Positions 8,970 to 17,198 are shown, counted from the first letter of the stretch. The stretch: DNA of 64,000 bases from Candidatus Auribacterota bacterium (GCA_022711655.1 JAKLEM010000001.1:33727-97726), one strand, 5' to 3'. Made by a program: numbers and translations. Notes: generated by a model not told the origin, from the sequence alone.

Positions 8970-9353
8970 ATGAAAAAGGTTCTTGCTTTCCTTGTGGTGG
9001 CGTTGTGCGTCGTTGGCGTGGCGGGGATTTGTTTGGCTGGTGGCGATGAAAGGCCGGTAAAGGCAGTGGAGCCTACCGTTCAGTGCGGGCACAACGACGG
9101 TACCTGCGGCGGTGAAGGTTGCTGTCACATTCATGCCAAAGGCGGACAGCATGACAGCAGCCATGGCCAGGCAATGGAACAGCAGTGCGGGGTGTGCGGG
9201 AAAAATCATGGGACCGCTCTGTTGGATGGAGCGTGTTTAATGCATAATCTCGGCTGCTTTGGTACGCAGTTGGGTAACGCCGCTCAGACAACAGTTTGCT
9301 GTGTGTTGGGATTTTTCAAGGATGCCGGGCGGTTGTGGGGATTGTTGGGATAA
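8970..9353 (+). CDS. Small secreted Cys/His-rich protein (paralog 2 of 4)
   Basis: Signal peptide MKKVLAFLVVALCVVGVAGICLA. His/Cys-rich segment CGHNDGTCGGEGCCHIHAKGGQHDSSHGQ. Shares a CC[VL]xGFFK[DE]xG motif with paralogs 3 and 4. Own TTTACA-17-AATAAT promoter and AAGGAGG RBS. Confidence 0.6.
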   Translation: MKKVLAFLVVALCVVGVAGICLAGGDERPVKAVEPTVQCGHNDGTCGGEGCCHIHAKGGQHDSSHGQAMEQQCGVCGKNHGTALLDGACLMHNLGCFGTQLGNAAQTTVCCVLGFFKDAGRLWGLLG

Positions 9354-9451
9354 GGCGCTTTCGCCCGCCTGATGTACCTGTCGAGTAATAGTAGTCGTGA
9401 AGAAGGAAACAAAGTGACCGGGTAAGAAAAACCAAATCAAGGAGGAGTTGG

Positions 9452-10183
9452 ATGAAAAGGTTTCTTGCGTTGTTCGTAGTAGCGTTGTGCGTTTTTAGTA
9501 TGGCAAAGGTTGTTTTGGCCGGTGGCGGAGAAGTTGCGGCTAAGGAGTGCGGCGTTAAGGCTGCTGAGTGCGGTCCGTGCGCGAGCTGCGGACAGTGCCA
9601 TAAGAGCATCCCTTATTCTGAGCCGAAAATGAACGAGAACCTTGCCGGGATGGGAACAGCGACAAAGAATGCCGGCGAGACGTTTGGTTGCTGCGTGTGG
9701 GGTTTCTTTAAGGAATGCGGAACGATCATCGAAGGCGCCGGCAAGACGACGGGCGAGATAGCGGTTGGCGCCGGCAAGACCCTTGGCTGCATGATGAAGG
9801 GCGCAGCTGATCAGACCGGCAGGATGGGCGTTGGCGCTGGTGAGTCTCTCGAAGGCGTCGGCAAGCAGACAGGTGATATCACAACGGCTTCCGGAAAGAA
9901 CCTGGCATGCCATGCGAAAGGCGCTGCAGACACGACCGGCCGTATTTGTGAAGGTGCCGGCGCATCGCTTGAAGGCGCCGGGAAGAACATCGGCGAAATG
10001 GCGACCGGCAGCGGGAAGAACAGCGGCGTGCACACCAAGGGCGCGGCTGACACGGCCGGCCGTATCGTGACGGGCGCTGGCGAGACGACAGAAGAGATCG
10101 TCGAGAAGACCGGCGGCGCGATCATGGGCCAAGGCGAAGCGGCCGCCGTCGAGACGACCGAAGCGAAACCCGAGACGAAGTAA
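9452..10183 (+). CDS. Secreted Cys-rich 11-mer/40-mer repeat protein (paralog 3 of 4)
   Basis: Signal peptide. CGPCASCGQC cluster and a GCCVWGFFKECG motif. Tandem GAGKTTGEI / KGAADTTGRI repeats with a ~40-residue higher-order period. Confidence 0.6.
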   Translation: MKRFLALFVVALCVFSMAKVVLAGGGEVAAKECGVKAAECGPCASCGQCHKSIPYSEPKMNENLAGMGTATKNAGETFGCCVWGFFKECGTIIEGAGKTTGEIAVGAGKTLGCMMKGAADQTGRMGVGAGESLEGVGKQTGDITTASGKNLACHAKGAADTTGRICEGAGASLEGAGKNIGEMATGSGKNSGVHTKGAADTAGRIVTGAGETTEEIVEKTGGAIMGQGEAAAVETTEAKPETK

Positions 10184-10195
10184 GCGGAGGAATTC

Positions 10196-10654
10196 ATGAA
10201 GAAGCTTGTTGCTGTTATTGTGTCGGTTCTTGTCGTAGCCGGGATGATCGGCACGGCGTGTGCGGGCGGATACGAAAAGAAGGCCGTAAAGAGAAAGATG
10301 CCCGTCACAAAGGCGCCGGTTGAGCAACCTGCGGCGGAAGAACAACAGTCGGGAAGCGTCGTGTACGACGAGAAAGACATGAACAAAAACCTCGGCGGGG
10401 CAGGAGAAACGACAGTCAATGCCGGCAAGACGACCGGCGATGCCTTTACCGGTTTCATGAAAGAGACCGGGACGGTCGTCGAAGGCATGGGCAAAACGAC
10501 CGGTGATGTTACGGTCGGCGCGGCGAAGACGGCAGGCGAGTGCGTCAAAGGTTTTTTTGACAGCGCGGGCCGCATGCTCTTTGGCGCTGGAGAGTCGTCC
10601 GTCAAGGTTGCCGATAACAGCGGCAAGATCGTTGCGGGAGAAGAAGGTAAGTAA
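10196..10654 (+). CDS. Small secreted repeat protein (paralog 4 of 4)
   Basis: Signal peptide MKKLVAVIVSVLVVAGMIGTACA. GKTTGD repeats and a GECVKGFFDSAGR motif. Starts 13 nt after paralog 3 with a GGAGG RBS. Confidence 0.6.
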   Translation: MKKLVAVIVSVLVVAGMIGTACAGGYEKKAVKRKMPVTKAPVEQPAAEEQQSGSVVYDEKDMNKNLGGAGETTVNAGKTTGDAFTGFMKETGTVVEGMGKTTGDVTVGAAKTAGECVKGFFDSAGRMLFGAGESSVKVADNSGKIVAGEEGK

Positions 10655-10670
10655 GTTACAGCATAGACGC

Positions 10671-10718
10671 AGAAGCCTGTATCGTTCGATTTGAGCGATA
10701 CAGGCTTTCTGTCTTTAT
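10671..10718 (+). terminator. Rho-independent terminator after the secreted-protein array
   Basis: AGAAGCCTGTATCG ... CGATACAGGCTTTCT hairpin followed by a T-rich tract. Confidence 0.6.
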
Positions 10719-10741
10719 GGGGAACGATCTCGTTTTTGCTC

Positions 10742-10770
10742 TTGACAAAAAAAAGGTTTTGCCCTATAAT
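10742..10770 (+). promoter_or_regulatory. Near-consensus sigma-70 promoter (TTGACA-17-TATAAT)
   Basis: cTTGACAaaaaaaaggttttgcccTATAAT, directly upstream of the structured RNA. Confidence 0.6.
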
Positions 10771-10776
10771 AACACT

Positions 10777-10968
10777 AGAGCCGATAAAGGCAAACCATAT
10801 GAAAGTATGGGGCGCAAAGCCGCAAGCCTAAATCGAGCCGGCGTAGAAGTGCGGTAGATACAGCACGGATGGATAATCCGAGCGATCATACCGGGATCGG
10901 CGCGATACGGTAGTTGGGCTGCCGAAGCGAGAGGCCTGAAGCCTCACGACACCTTTAATCGGCTCTTT
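10777..10968 (+). ncRNA. ssrS: Candidate 6S RNA (SsrS-like), ~190 nt
   Basis: It starts ~7 nt after the -10 box. The 5' AGAGCCGAUAAAGG pairs with the 3' CCUUUAAUCGGCUCU, followed by a U-tract. Internal segments resemble E. coli 6S: GAGCCGAUA..CCAUAUGAAAGUAUGGGGCGC against GAGCCGAUAUUUCAUACCACAAGAAUGUGGCGC, and a 3' CACGACAC. It sits upstream of the folate gene folE, much as ssrS is linked to folate genes in other bacteria. Confidence 0.55.
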
Positions 10969-11079
10969 TTATTTCCTGCAAGGCGAAGTGACTCGCCTTT
11001 TACTTTTCCGTGATACAGCGAATCGTTTGTTAAGTTATTGTACAACAGCGTATTGTAAATACTCACATAGCGGGGTTAC

Positions 11080-11628
11080 ATGCAGAAGCTTGTGACAGAA
11101 ATGCTTTCCCAGGTCGGGGAGGATCCAAAACGGAGCGGCCTTCTAAAAACACCGGCTCGATTCGAGGAATCTATGAGGTTCCTGACGAGTGGATATCGCA
11201 AAGATGTAAAGTCGATCCTCGAAGGGGCTGTTTTTGAAGAACAATACAATGAAATGGTCGTCTTAAAGGATATCCGGCTTTTCTCGCTCTGCGAGCACCA
11301 TCTCCTTCCATTTTACGGAAGATGTCATATAGCGTACTTGCCAAAGGGAAAGCTGATCGGATTGAGTAAGCTTCCTGAGATCGTCGAGATCCACTCCCGC
11401 CGGCTGCAGATCCAGGAACGGCTGACGATCCAGATCGCCGACTGCATTATGGATGCGCTTCAGCCGCTCGGGGTCGGGGTCGTCATCGAGGCGTTGCACC
11501 TGTGCATGGCTATGCGCGGGGTCGAGGAGCGTGACGCGATTGCGGTTACCAGCTCGATGCTCGGCGCTTTCCGGAACGACCGGAGCACGCGTATGGAGTT
11601 CTTGAGCCTGATAGGCAAGAATGCCTGA
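11080..11628 (+). CDS. folE: GTP cyclohydrolase I
   Basis: [10 protein letters not shown] and GLSKL..R signature motifs; 182 aa. Confidence 0.85.
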   Translation: MQKLVTEMLSQVGEDPKRSGLLKTPARFEESMRFLTSGYRKDVKSILEGAVFEEQYNEMVVLKDIRLFSLCEHHLLPFYGRCHIAYLPKGKLIGLSKLPEIVEIHSRRLQIQERLTIQIADCIMDALQPLGVGVVIEALHLCMAMRGVEERDAIAVTSSMLGAFRNDRSTRMEFLSLIGKNA

Positions 11629-11634
11629 TGCGGG

Positions 11635-12606
11635 CTAAAACCACTTCTTTTTCTTGAAGATCGCAAGGCTGATCAGCGCGATCACTCCCATCGCTCCCAG
11701 GATCGTATAGAACCCGTGCCGCCACTCCAGCTCGGGCGGCAGATGCCGTACGTTCATCCCATAGATCCCGCTGAGCAGCGTCAGCGGCATGATAACCGTC
11801 GTTATGACCGTCAGCGTCTTGACGATCTGATTAGTCTTATGCGAGATCAGCGACAGCTGCAGGTCCTGCGTGCTGAGCACGATATCCTTGAACGTGTCTA
11901 TCGTCTCGCAGATGCGGTACAGCCGTTCATGGATATCGTGAAAGTAGATCTTCACTTTAGGCGAGATGACGGAGATATCTTCCCTGGTCAGACGCAGCAC
12001 GCCGTCGCGCAAGGGGGCGATCGTCCTACGCAGGAATAGTATCTCCTTCTTCAGTTTGAAAAGCTCGAGCGAAACGTCGTGCGCCTTTGCCGAGTAGACA
12101 TGCTCCTCGTTCTTATCGATCCTGTCACCGATCGTTTCCAGCAGTGCGACGTAATGGTCGGCGACCAGGCCGAGGATGGTGTACGCCGCGAAATCGGCTC
12201 CCGCGCCAAGCGTTGCGGCCGGGTTCTGTTTGATGATCTCGAACGCCTCGCCGAGCACCGGGAGGTCGTCGCGGTGGACGGTAATGAGGTGCTGTCCGCC
12301 GATAAAGAGGTGCAGCGGGTAGCTCAGCATCTTTTTCTGACGGGCGTCGTAGTCGAATATGGCGAGCGATACGAACACGCAGTCGTCGAGGTTCATCACA
12401 TGCGGCGCAGCACCAGCGGCGAGGCAGTTGCCGATAGCCAAGGGGTGAAAATGGAAGACTTCGTCGAGCATCGCGATCTCGTCGTTGTCGGGCTTCGAGA
12501 AATCGGCCCATACGTGGCTGCCGCTTTGCGCGATCGCGGGCGCTACCATTTCGCGCGGGAGGTTGAACGAGATCTTGCCGCTGCTGAACAGGACTGTCGT
12601 TATCAT
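11635..12606 (-). CDS. corA: Magnesium/cobalt transporter CorA
   Basis: Two C-terminal TM helices with the YGMN motif (GIYGMNVRHLPE). Start re-derived at MITTV (12606), overlapping the upstream ATP-grasp stop by 4 nt. Confidence 0.85.
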   Translation of the reverse strand: MITTVLFSSGKISFNLPREMVAPAIAQSGSHVWADFSKPDNDEIAMLDEVFHFHPLAIGNCLAAGAAPHVMNLDDCVFVSLAIFDYDARQKKMLSYPLHLFIGGQHLITVHRDDLPVLGEAFEIIKQNPAATLGAGADFAAYTILGLVADHYVALLETIGDRIDKNEEHVYSAKAHDVSLELFKLKKEILFLRRTIAPLRDGVLRLTREDISVISPKVKIYFHDIHERLYRICETIDTFKDIVLSTQDLQLSLISHKTNQIVKTLTVITTVIMPLTLLSGIYGMNVRHLPPELEWRHGFYTILGAMGVIALISLAIFKKKKWF

Positions 12607-13517
12607 TTTTTTGCTTCTTTCTGCGGAAGCAGCGCGTATACGTGAGAGATGATGCACCCTATGAACGTCCGGACGATGTCGTCCGGTACGCCGGTCGCGA
12701 ACACCGATTTCAGCCGCATGTCGCACGGGTCATTGACGTAGTCGACGCAGACGAATTGTCCTCGGACAGATTTGCATATCTCCGTCGAAAAGAAATCGAG
12801 TTTACAGACGTCTGCGATCTTGCGGACGATGACATGCAGCCGCTCGAGCTTATACTGCGCTTCCTGCTCGGCTGTGACCGGCTCGTAAATATGCGTCCGG
12901 TCGTCCCACCAGCAAATGACGGTCTTGCCGCAGCAGAAAAAGACGCGGAACCACGCCCTTTTCCCGTCGACATCGGCGGGGACGATCTGCTCCTGAAGGA
13001 GATATTTGTCGCTGCCGTACTGTTTGCGAGTCTCTATGACGTCGTGCAGGGTCTCTGCCCCGACGACGACGCCGGTCCCGCCGCCGCCGTTCGCCGGCTT
13101 GATGATGAATGGCCTGCCGAGTCCTTCGAGCTCGGTTATCTTGAGGATCGGTTCTTTTTCATACGGCGAGAGGATAACGGTATACGGGACATGTATGCCG
13201 TGCGTCAGGAACTCGAGATGCATCGTGGCTTTGTCCATGGCGCGAAGGCTGTTGCTCAACTCGTTGATCATGCCGGCGTCCATTTTTTTCGCGAGGTCAA
13301 CGAGCGGGAGGAACCGTTCGTCGCTGTCCGATGCCCGGTCGTAGAGTATGCGGAACTGGAGCTCGCCTGCGCGGATCTTCTGAAATGTCTCGTCGATATT
13401 GAACGGGTAGATGAGGTAGGTTGATATCCCCTGCCTGACGCACTCGTTGTTCAGGAGCTGGATGAAATGGTGATCGTATTCCCACTCCCACGCGATCAAG
13501 AGGTCGACGGTGCTCAT
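12603..13517 (-). CDS. ATP-grasp ligase (RimK / glutathione-synthetase-like)
   Basis: FIIKPANGGGGTGVVVG ATP-grasp glycine-rich loop and fold-consistent C-terminus. Translationally coupled (ATGA overlaps) to kamA upstream and corA downstream. Confidence 0.7.
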   Translation of the reverse strand: MSTVDLLIAWEWEYDHHFIQLLNNECVRQGISTYLIYPFNIDETFQKIRAGELQFRILYDRASDSDERFLPLVDLAKKMDAGMINELSNSLRAMDKATMHLEFLTHGIHVPYTVILSPYEKEPILKITELEGLGRPFIIKPANGGGGTGVVVGAETLHDVIETRKQYGSDKYLLQEQIVPADVDGKRAWFRVFFCCGKTVICWWDDRTHIYEPVTAEQEAQYKLERLHVIVRKIADVCKLDFFSTEICKSVRGQFVCVDYVNDPCDMRLKSVFATGVPDDIVRTFIGCIISHVYALLPQKEAKK

Positions 13518-14728
13518 ACGAGGATCTTGGCGTCTTTCGGGGCCGGCACGCCTGCGTCTTTTTCGGTGCCGGGGTCGAAGTACGAGAACTGCTTGTTCTG
13601 GAAATTACGGAGCACCATCTTGCCTTTACGGTACGCGACCACATAGTCGGGGAAGACCGGTATCTTTCCGCCGCCGCCGGGCGCGTCAACGACGAATGTC
13701 GGCACGGCGTATCCGGTGGTGTGTCCGCGAAGCTTTTCGGCGATGCTTATGCCGGCGGAGACGGGCGTCCTGAAGTGTTCTGTCCCGACGGCAAGGTCAC
13801 ACTGGTAGACGTAATAGGGTCGCACCCGGATCTTGATCAGCTCGTGCAGCAGTTTCTTCATTATATAGGTGCTGTCGTTAATCCCTTTCAATAAGACAGT
13901 CTGGCTCCCGAGCGGTATGCCCGCGTCGGCAAGTTTCGTGCACGCCTTGCGCACGTCGTCGGTGATCTCTTTGGGATGCGTGAAGTGTATCGAAAGCCAG
14001 AGCGGATGATATTTCCTGAGCATCTGCACGAGCTCGTCGGTGATCCGCATCGGCAGGGTAACGGGCGCGCGCGTCCCCATGCGCACCATTTCGACGTGCG
14101 GTATCGCGGTGATGTTCTTGAGGATCGATTCGATCTTCTCGTCAGAGAGCATCAGCGGGTCGCCGCCGGATATCAGGACGTCGCGGATCTTTTTATTTGC
14201 CGCTATGTACTTGTACGCATCTTCGAGCCCTTTTTCCGAGAGGATGTCTTCCTTCTTGCCGACCAGCCGCCCCCGCGTGCAGTAGCGGCAATAGGTCGCG
14301 CAGGTGTCCGTGACCATCAACAGGACGCGGTCGGGGTATCGGTGGACCAGCCCGGGGACGGGGGAGTGCGCGTCCTCGCCGCAGGGGTCGACGAGGTCGT
14401 GCGGCGAAACGTCGAGTTCCTCGATCCGGGGTATGATCTGCTTGCGTATCGGGCAGTTCGGGTTCTTCTGGTTGATAAGCGAAAAGAAATAGGGGGTGAT
14501 TCCCATCGGCATCCTCTTTTTTACGCTCTTGATGCCGAGTGTTTCCTGCGGGGTCAGGGGGAGCAGCTTTTCGATCTGATCAAAGCTGGTAATGCGGTTC
14601 TTTAATTGCCACGTCCAATCATTCCACTGTTGCGAGATCGTTTCTTTATCGGAACTACGCGCCGGGTAGTCGTCCTGGCCCATGATGGTTTCATCCTCCT
14701 TGCTTCGGCAACGATTTTTTTCGTTCAT
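13514..14728 (-). CDS. kamA: L-lysine 2,3-aminomutase (radical SAM, PLP)
   Basis: CATYCRYCTR radical-SAM CxxxCxxC motif. Near-colinear similarity to Clostridium KamA (PVPGLVHRYPDRVLL, RPYYVYQCDL, TFVVDAPGGGGK). Both lysine-binding Asp positions (QCDL and VVDAPGGGGK) are retained, which argues for lysine rather than glutamate as substrate. Confidence 0.85.
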   Translation of the reverse strand: MNEKNRCRSKEDETIMGQDDYPARSSDKETISQQWNDWTWQLKNRITSFDQIEKLLPLTPQETLGIKSVKKRMPMGITPYFFSLINQKNPNCPIRKQIIPRIEELDVSPHDLVDPCGEDAHSPVPGLVHRYPDRVLLMVTDTCATYCRYCTRGRLVGKKEDILSEKGLEDAYKYIAANKKIRDVLISGGDPLMLSDEKIESILKNITAIPHVEMVRMGTRAPVTLPMRITDELVQMLRKYHPLWLSIHFTHPKEITDDVRKACTKLADAGIPLGSQTVLLKGINDSTYIMKKLLHELIKIRVRPYYVYQCDLAVGTEHFRTPVSAGISIAEKLRGHTTGYAVPTFVVDAPGGGGKIPVFPDYVVAYRKGKMVLRNFQNKQFSYFDPGTEKDAGVPAPKDAKILV

Positions 14729-15300
14729 GACATTGTGCGCCGGACGATTCCGGTCCTGATCACCGTCTGCGTATCTGCCGGCAACGCTTTCCCGTAGGTG
14801 ATGCGGTCATCGCTGACCCGGTAGAAATCCTTGATTCGCGAGTATTCGCTGAATCCGTTGCGCAGATAGAACTTCCGCGTGTTCTCGTATGTCTGCTTGG
14901 ACGCGGTCTCGATCAGCAGCATGCGCGCGTTCTGCGCGGCGAGCAGTTTCTCGAGATGCAGCATGAGCATATGTCCGACACCGGTGCCCTGGCTGTCGGG
15001 GTGCACCGCGATCCAGTAGAGATAGAAGACAGCGTCCGTGAACGGCGCTTTGCCGTAGCACACGTAGCCGCGCGGCGTGTTATCAGGCGTGACAGCGCAA
15101 AAAAAATCGTAATCGGTTTGGCGCGGATTCGTGAGGTAGATGTCGAGCAGTTCGAGCGCGCAGGCGGTTTCTTCCGAGGTGAACGCGTTGGTCTCGGCGA
15201 GCATCGCGCCGATGAATTTCTTGTCGCTGTCCGTTGCGCTGCGTATCGTCAGCGTATCGTTTGCCGCGGCGCATCTGTCAGATTGCGTACACGCACTCAT
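14725..15300 (-). CDS. GNAT family N-acetyltransferase (candidate beta-lysine acetyltransferase, AblB/YodP-like)
   Basis: GNAT acetyl-CoA motif (IAVHPDSQGTGVGHMLM). It sits immediately upstream of kamA with a 4 nt overlap, the AblA/AblB-type pairing. The N-terminal start is uncertain. Confidence 0.65.
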   Translation of the reverse strand: MSACTQSDRCAAANDTLTIRSATDSDKKFIGAMLAETNAFTSEETACALELLDIYLTNPRQTDYDFFCAVTPDNTPRGYVCYGKAPFTDAVFYLYWIAVHPDSQGTGVGHMLMLHLEKLLAAQNARMLLIETASKQTYENTRKFYLRNGFSEYSRIKDFYRVSDDRITYGKALPADTQTVIRTGIVRRTMS

Positions 15301-15330
15301 AACATCCGTTTCCTTTTGATGTTTGGTGAT

Positions 15331-15360
15331 ATTATACGCATCGAGATGAAAACGCGCAAC
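15331..15360 (-). promoter_or_regulatory. Candidate sigma-70 promoter for the GNAT-kamA-ATP-grasp-corA operon
   Basis: Minus-strand TTGCGC-17-TATAAT, ~35 nt upstream of the GNAT start in the 132 nt intergenic gap. Confidence 0.4.
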
Positions 15361-15432
15361 TCCCTTTTTGAAAAATGCGCATCATTTTTTTATTGTTCGC
15401 TTGGGCGGGCGCGATGCGCGGGGTGTGATTCG

Positions 15433-16464
15433 TCAGCGCGCGGACGGTGATGGATCGAGCAGTCTGCAGCGCTGCAGCGCGGTGTTCAGGACGGTGTTGA
15501 TAAGCGCGGCGTAATCCATCCCTGCGGCTCGGGCGGCTTTTGGGAAGCACGAGTTGTCCTCGGGTTTGGGAAGGATTCCCGGCAGCGGGTTGAGCTCGAT
15601 GATATTCGGAGCGCAGTCATCGTCGAGGCGAATGTCGATCCTGCACCAATCGCGGCAACGTAAAGCGCGGAATGCGTCGAGGGCCGTTTGCGCGATCCGT
15701 CTGCCTAGCTGCGCGTCGACCTGCGCGGGGCAGGAGAATATGTCGAGCGGTTTGCCCGGAACGTCCCACACCCACTTCGCTTCGTACGAGTATATCTTGT
15801 GGGCCATGGGCGGCAGCGAGTCGAACGAGATCTCGACGGCAGGCAGGGCTCGCGCGCCGGCGCCGTTGCCGATCACCGCCACGGTGAATTCGCGGCCGGA
15901 AAGGAACGCTTCGACTATGGCCGGCTGCCGGTACGCTTCGACGATCCGCTCGGTCTCAAGCCGGAGCTCATCCGGCGTGGCGACGAACGACGAGTTGCGC
16001 ACCCCTTTCGACGAACCTTCCCAGAGCGGCTTGACGATGGCGGGGAAACTGCGCCATCGATCGCACGCGTCGGCCGACTCGAGCAGCTCGAAGGCGGGCG
16101 TCGGTATCCGGTGATACTGGAGCGCTTCCTTGGTCCGGCCTTTGTCAAGGCAGATGCCGAGCGTCGTCGGATCGGAGCCGGTATACGGGATCGCGAGCAT
16201 TTCGAGCATCGCGGGGATGCACGCCTCGCGGTGCGGGCCGCCGGCGCCTTCCGCTATGTTGAATACGATGTCCGGACGCGACCGTTTCAGCGCGTCGAAC
16301 GCCCCTAGGTCTGCCTCGATCGGGATAGCCGTATGGTGCCGCGAGATTGCGCTTATGATCGCGTCGATGGTCTCCTGATCGTCCCATTCCGCTTCATGGT
16401 CGTTCAGCGAACCGTCGCAGCGGACGGTCTGTTTCTTTAGGTTGTAGGTGAGGCCGACGCGCAT
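15433..16464 (-). CDS. D-alanine--D-alanine ligase-family ATP-grasp protein
   Basis: MRVGLTYNLK N-terminus typical of Ddl-like proteins. ATP-grasp motifs (AIVKPLWEGSSKGV, ELNPLPG). Start set to M13 of the ORF-track version. Confidence 0.7.
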   Translation of the reverse strand: MRVGLTYNLKKQTVRCDGSLNDHEAEWDDQETIDAIISAISRHHTAIPIEADLGAFDALKRSRPDIVFNIAEGAGGPHREACIPAMLEMLAIPYTGSDPTTLGICLDKGRTKEALQYHRIPTPAFELLESADACDRWRSFPAIVKPLWEGSSKGVRNSSFVATPDELRLETERIVEAYRQPAIVEAFLSGREFTVAVIGNGAGARALPAVEISFDSLPPMAHKIYSYEAKWVWDVPGKPLDIFSCPAQVDAQLGRRIAQTALDAFRALRCRDWCRIDIRLDDDCAPNIIELNPLPGILPKPEDNSCFPKAARAAGMDYAALINTVLNTALQRCRLLDPSPSAR

Positions 16465-16477
16465 GGCGATAAAAAAA

Positions 16478-16505
16478 TGCGGCAGGTTTCCCTGCCGCAT
16501 TTTTT
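16478..16505. terminator. Bidirectional hairpin terminator
   Basis: A7-TGCGGCAGG-TTTC-CCTGCCGCA-T6. It terminates the minus-strand gene 16520-16981 and abuts the start codon of the Ddl-like gene. Confidence 0.5.
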
Positions 16506-16519
16506 CCGATGTTGAGATG

Positions 16520-16981
16520 CTATTCTACCGGCGTTTCCGGGGTGACGGGCGCAGGCACCGCTTCTTCAGCAGCGGGCATTTCCGCCTCTTCTTCCGTGAT
16601 GATCTCCAGATACGTCGCGGTGTTCGATTTGTTCGGGTTGATCTTGTATTCGCCGGCGATCTTGGTCCCGACCGCGAGATCGGAAAGCTTGATCTCGTCG
16701 AACTCGCCCCAGATCGTGGTTGTCTTCGGATCGATCAGGAGTATGGTGGTATTCGTCTTCACGTCGGTGTTCTTGGGATCCTTGACGGTGACCGTGTTCT
16801 CCTTGACGTCAACGGCGGCTACTTCTCCCTGGATCGCTTTCAGATTGTCGACGTCCGACTCCGCTGTCTCTGCAGGCGGCATGTCGGCCTTATCCTGCGC
16901 TTTAATCGCCGGCGCCGCGATCAACGCCGCCGCGACGACGAGCACTGCCATCATACCGAACAAAGGCGCTTTCTTTTCCAT
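16520..16981 (-). CDS. Small secreted protein of unknown function
   Basis: Signal peptide (MMAVLVVAAALIAAPAIKA). Acidic N- and C-terminal tails. Own minus-strand TTGATT-17-TATATT promoter and AAGGAGG RBS. Confidence 0.5.
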   Translation of the reverse strand: MEKKAPLFGMMAVLVVAAALIAAPAIKAQDKADMPPAETAESDVDNLKAIQGEVAAVDVKENTVTVKDPKNTDVKTNTTILLIDPKTTTIWGEFDEIKLSDLAVGTKIAGEYKINPNKSNTATYLEIITEEEAEMPAAEEAVPAPVTPETPVE

Positions 16982-17198
16982 GACATCCTCCTTTTTTATA
17001 CCTGCTCGTGTCAGTTCCGTTCAGTTAACCTTACGACAGTATAGACGACACGCCCCGACTTTTTGTTCGATATAAATATATACGCCGCGAGCGAAACAAT
17101 CAACAAAAAAATGAAATGCGGCCGGCCTGTTTTACGTTGTCTTTGCGGACGATGGTGCTATAATGCCCCACGATGCGAACATGAGAGGGAGATGAGCG

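Noticed and set aside
9437-10626. Two long minus-strand ORFs (302 and 271 aa) across the secreted-protein array
   Set aside because: Antisense to the four paralogs, which have signal peptides, SD sequences and a coherent repeat structure. The antisense translations are Ala/Pro/Ser low complexity.
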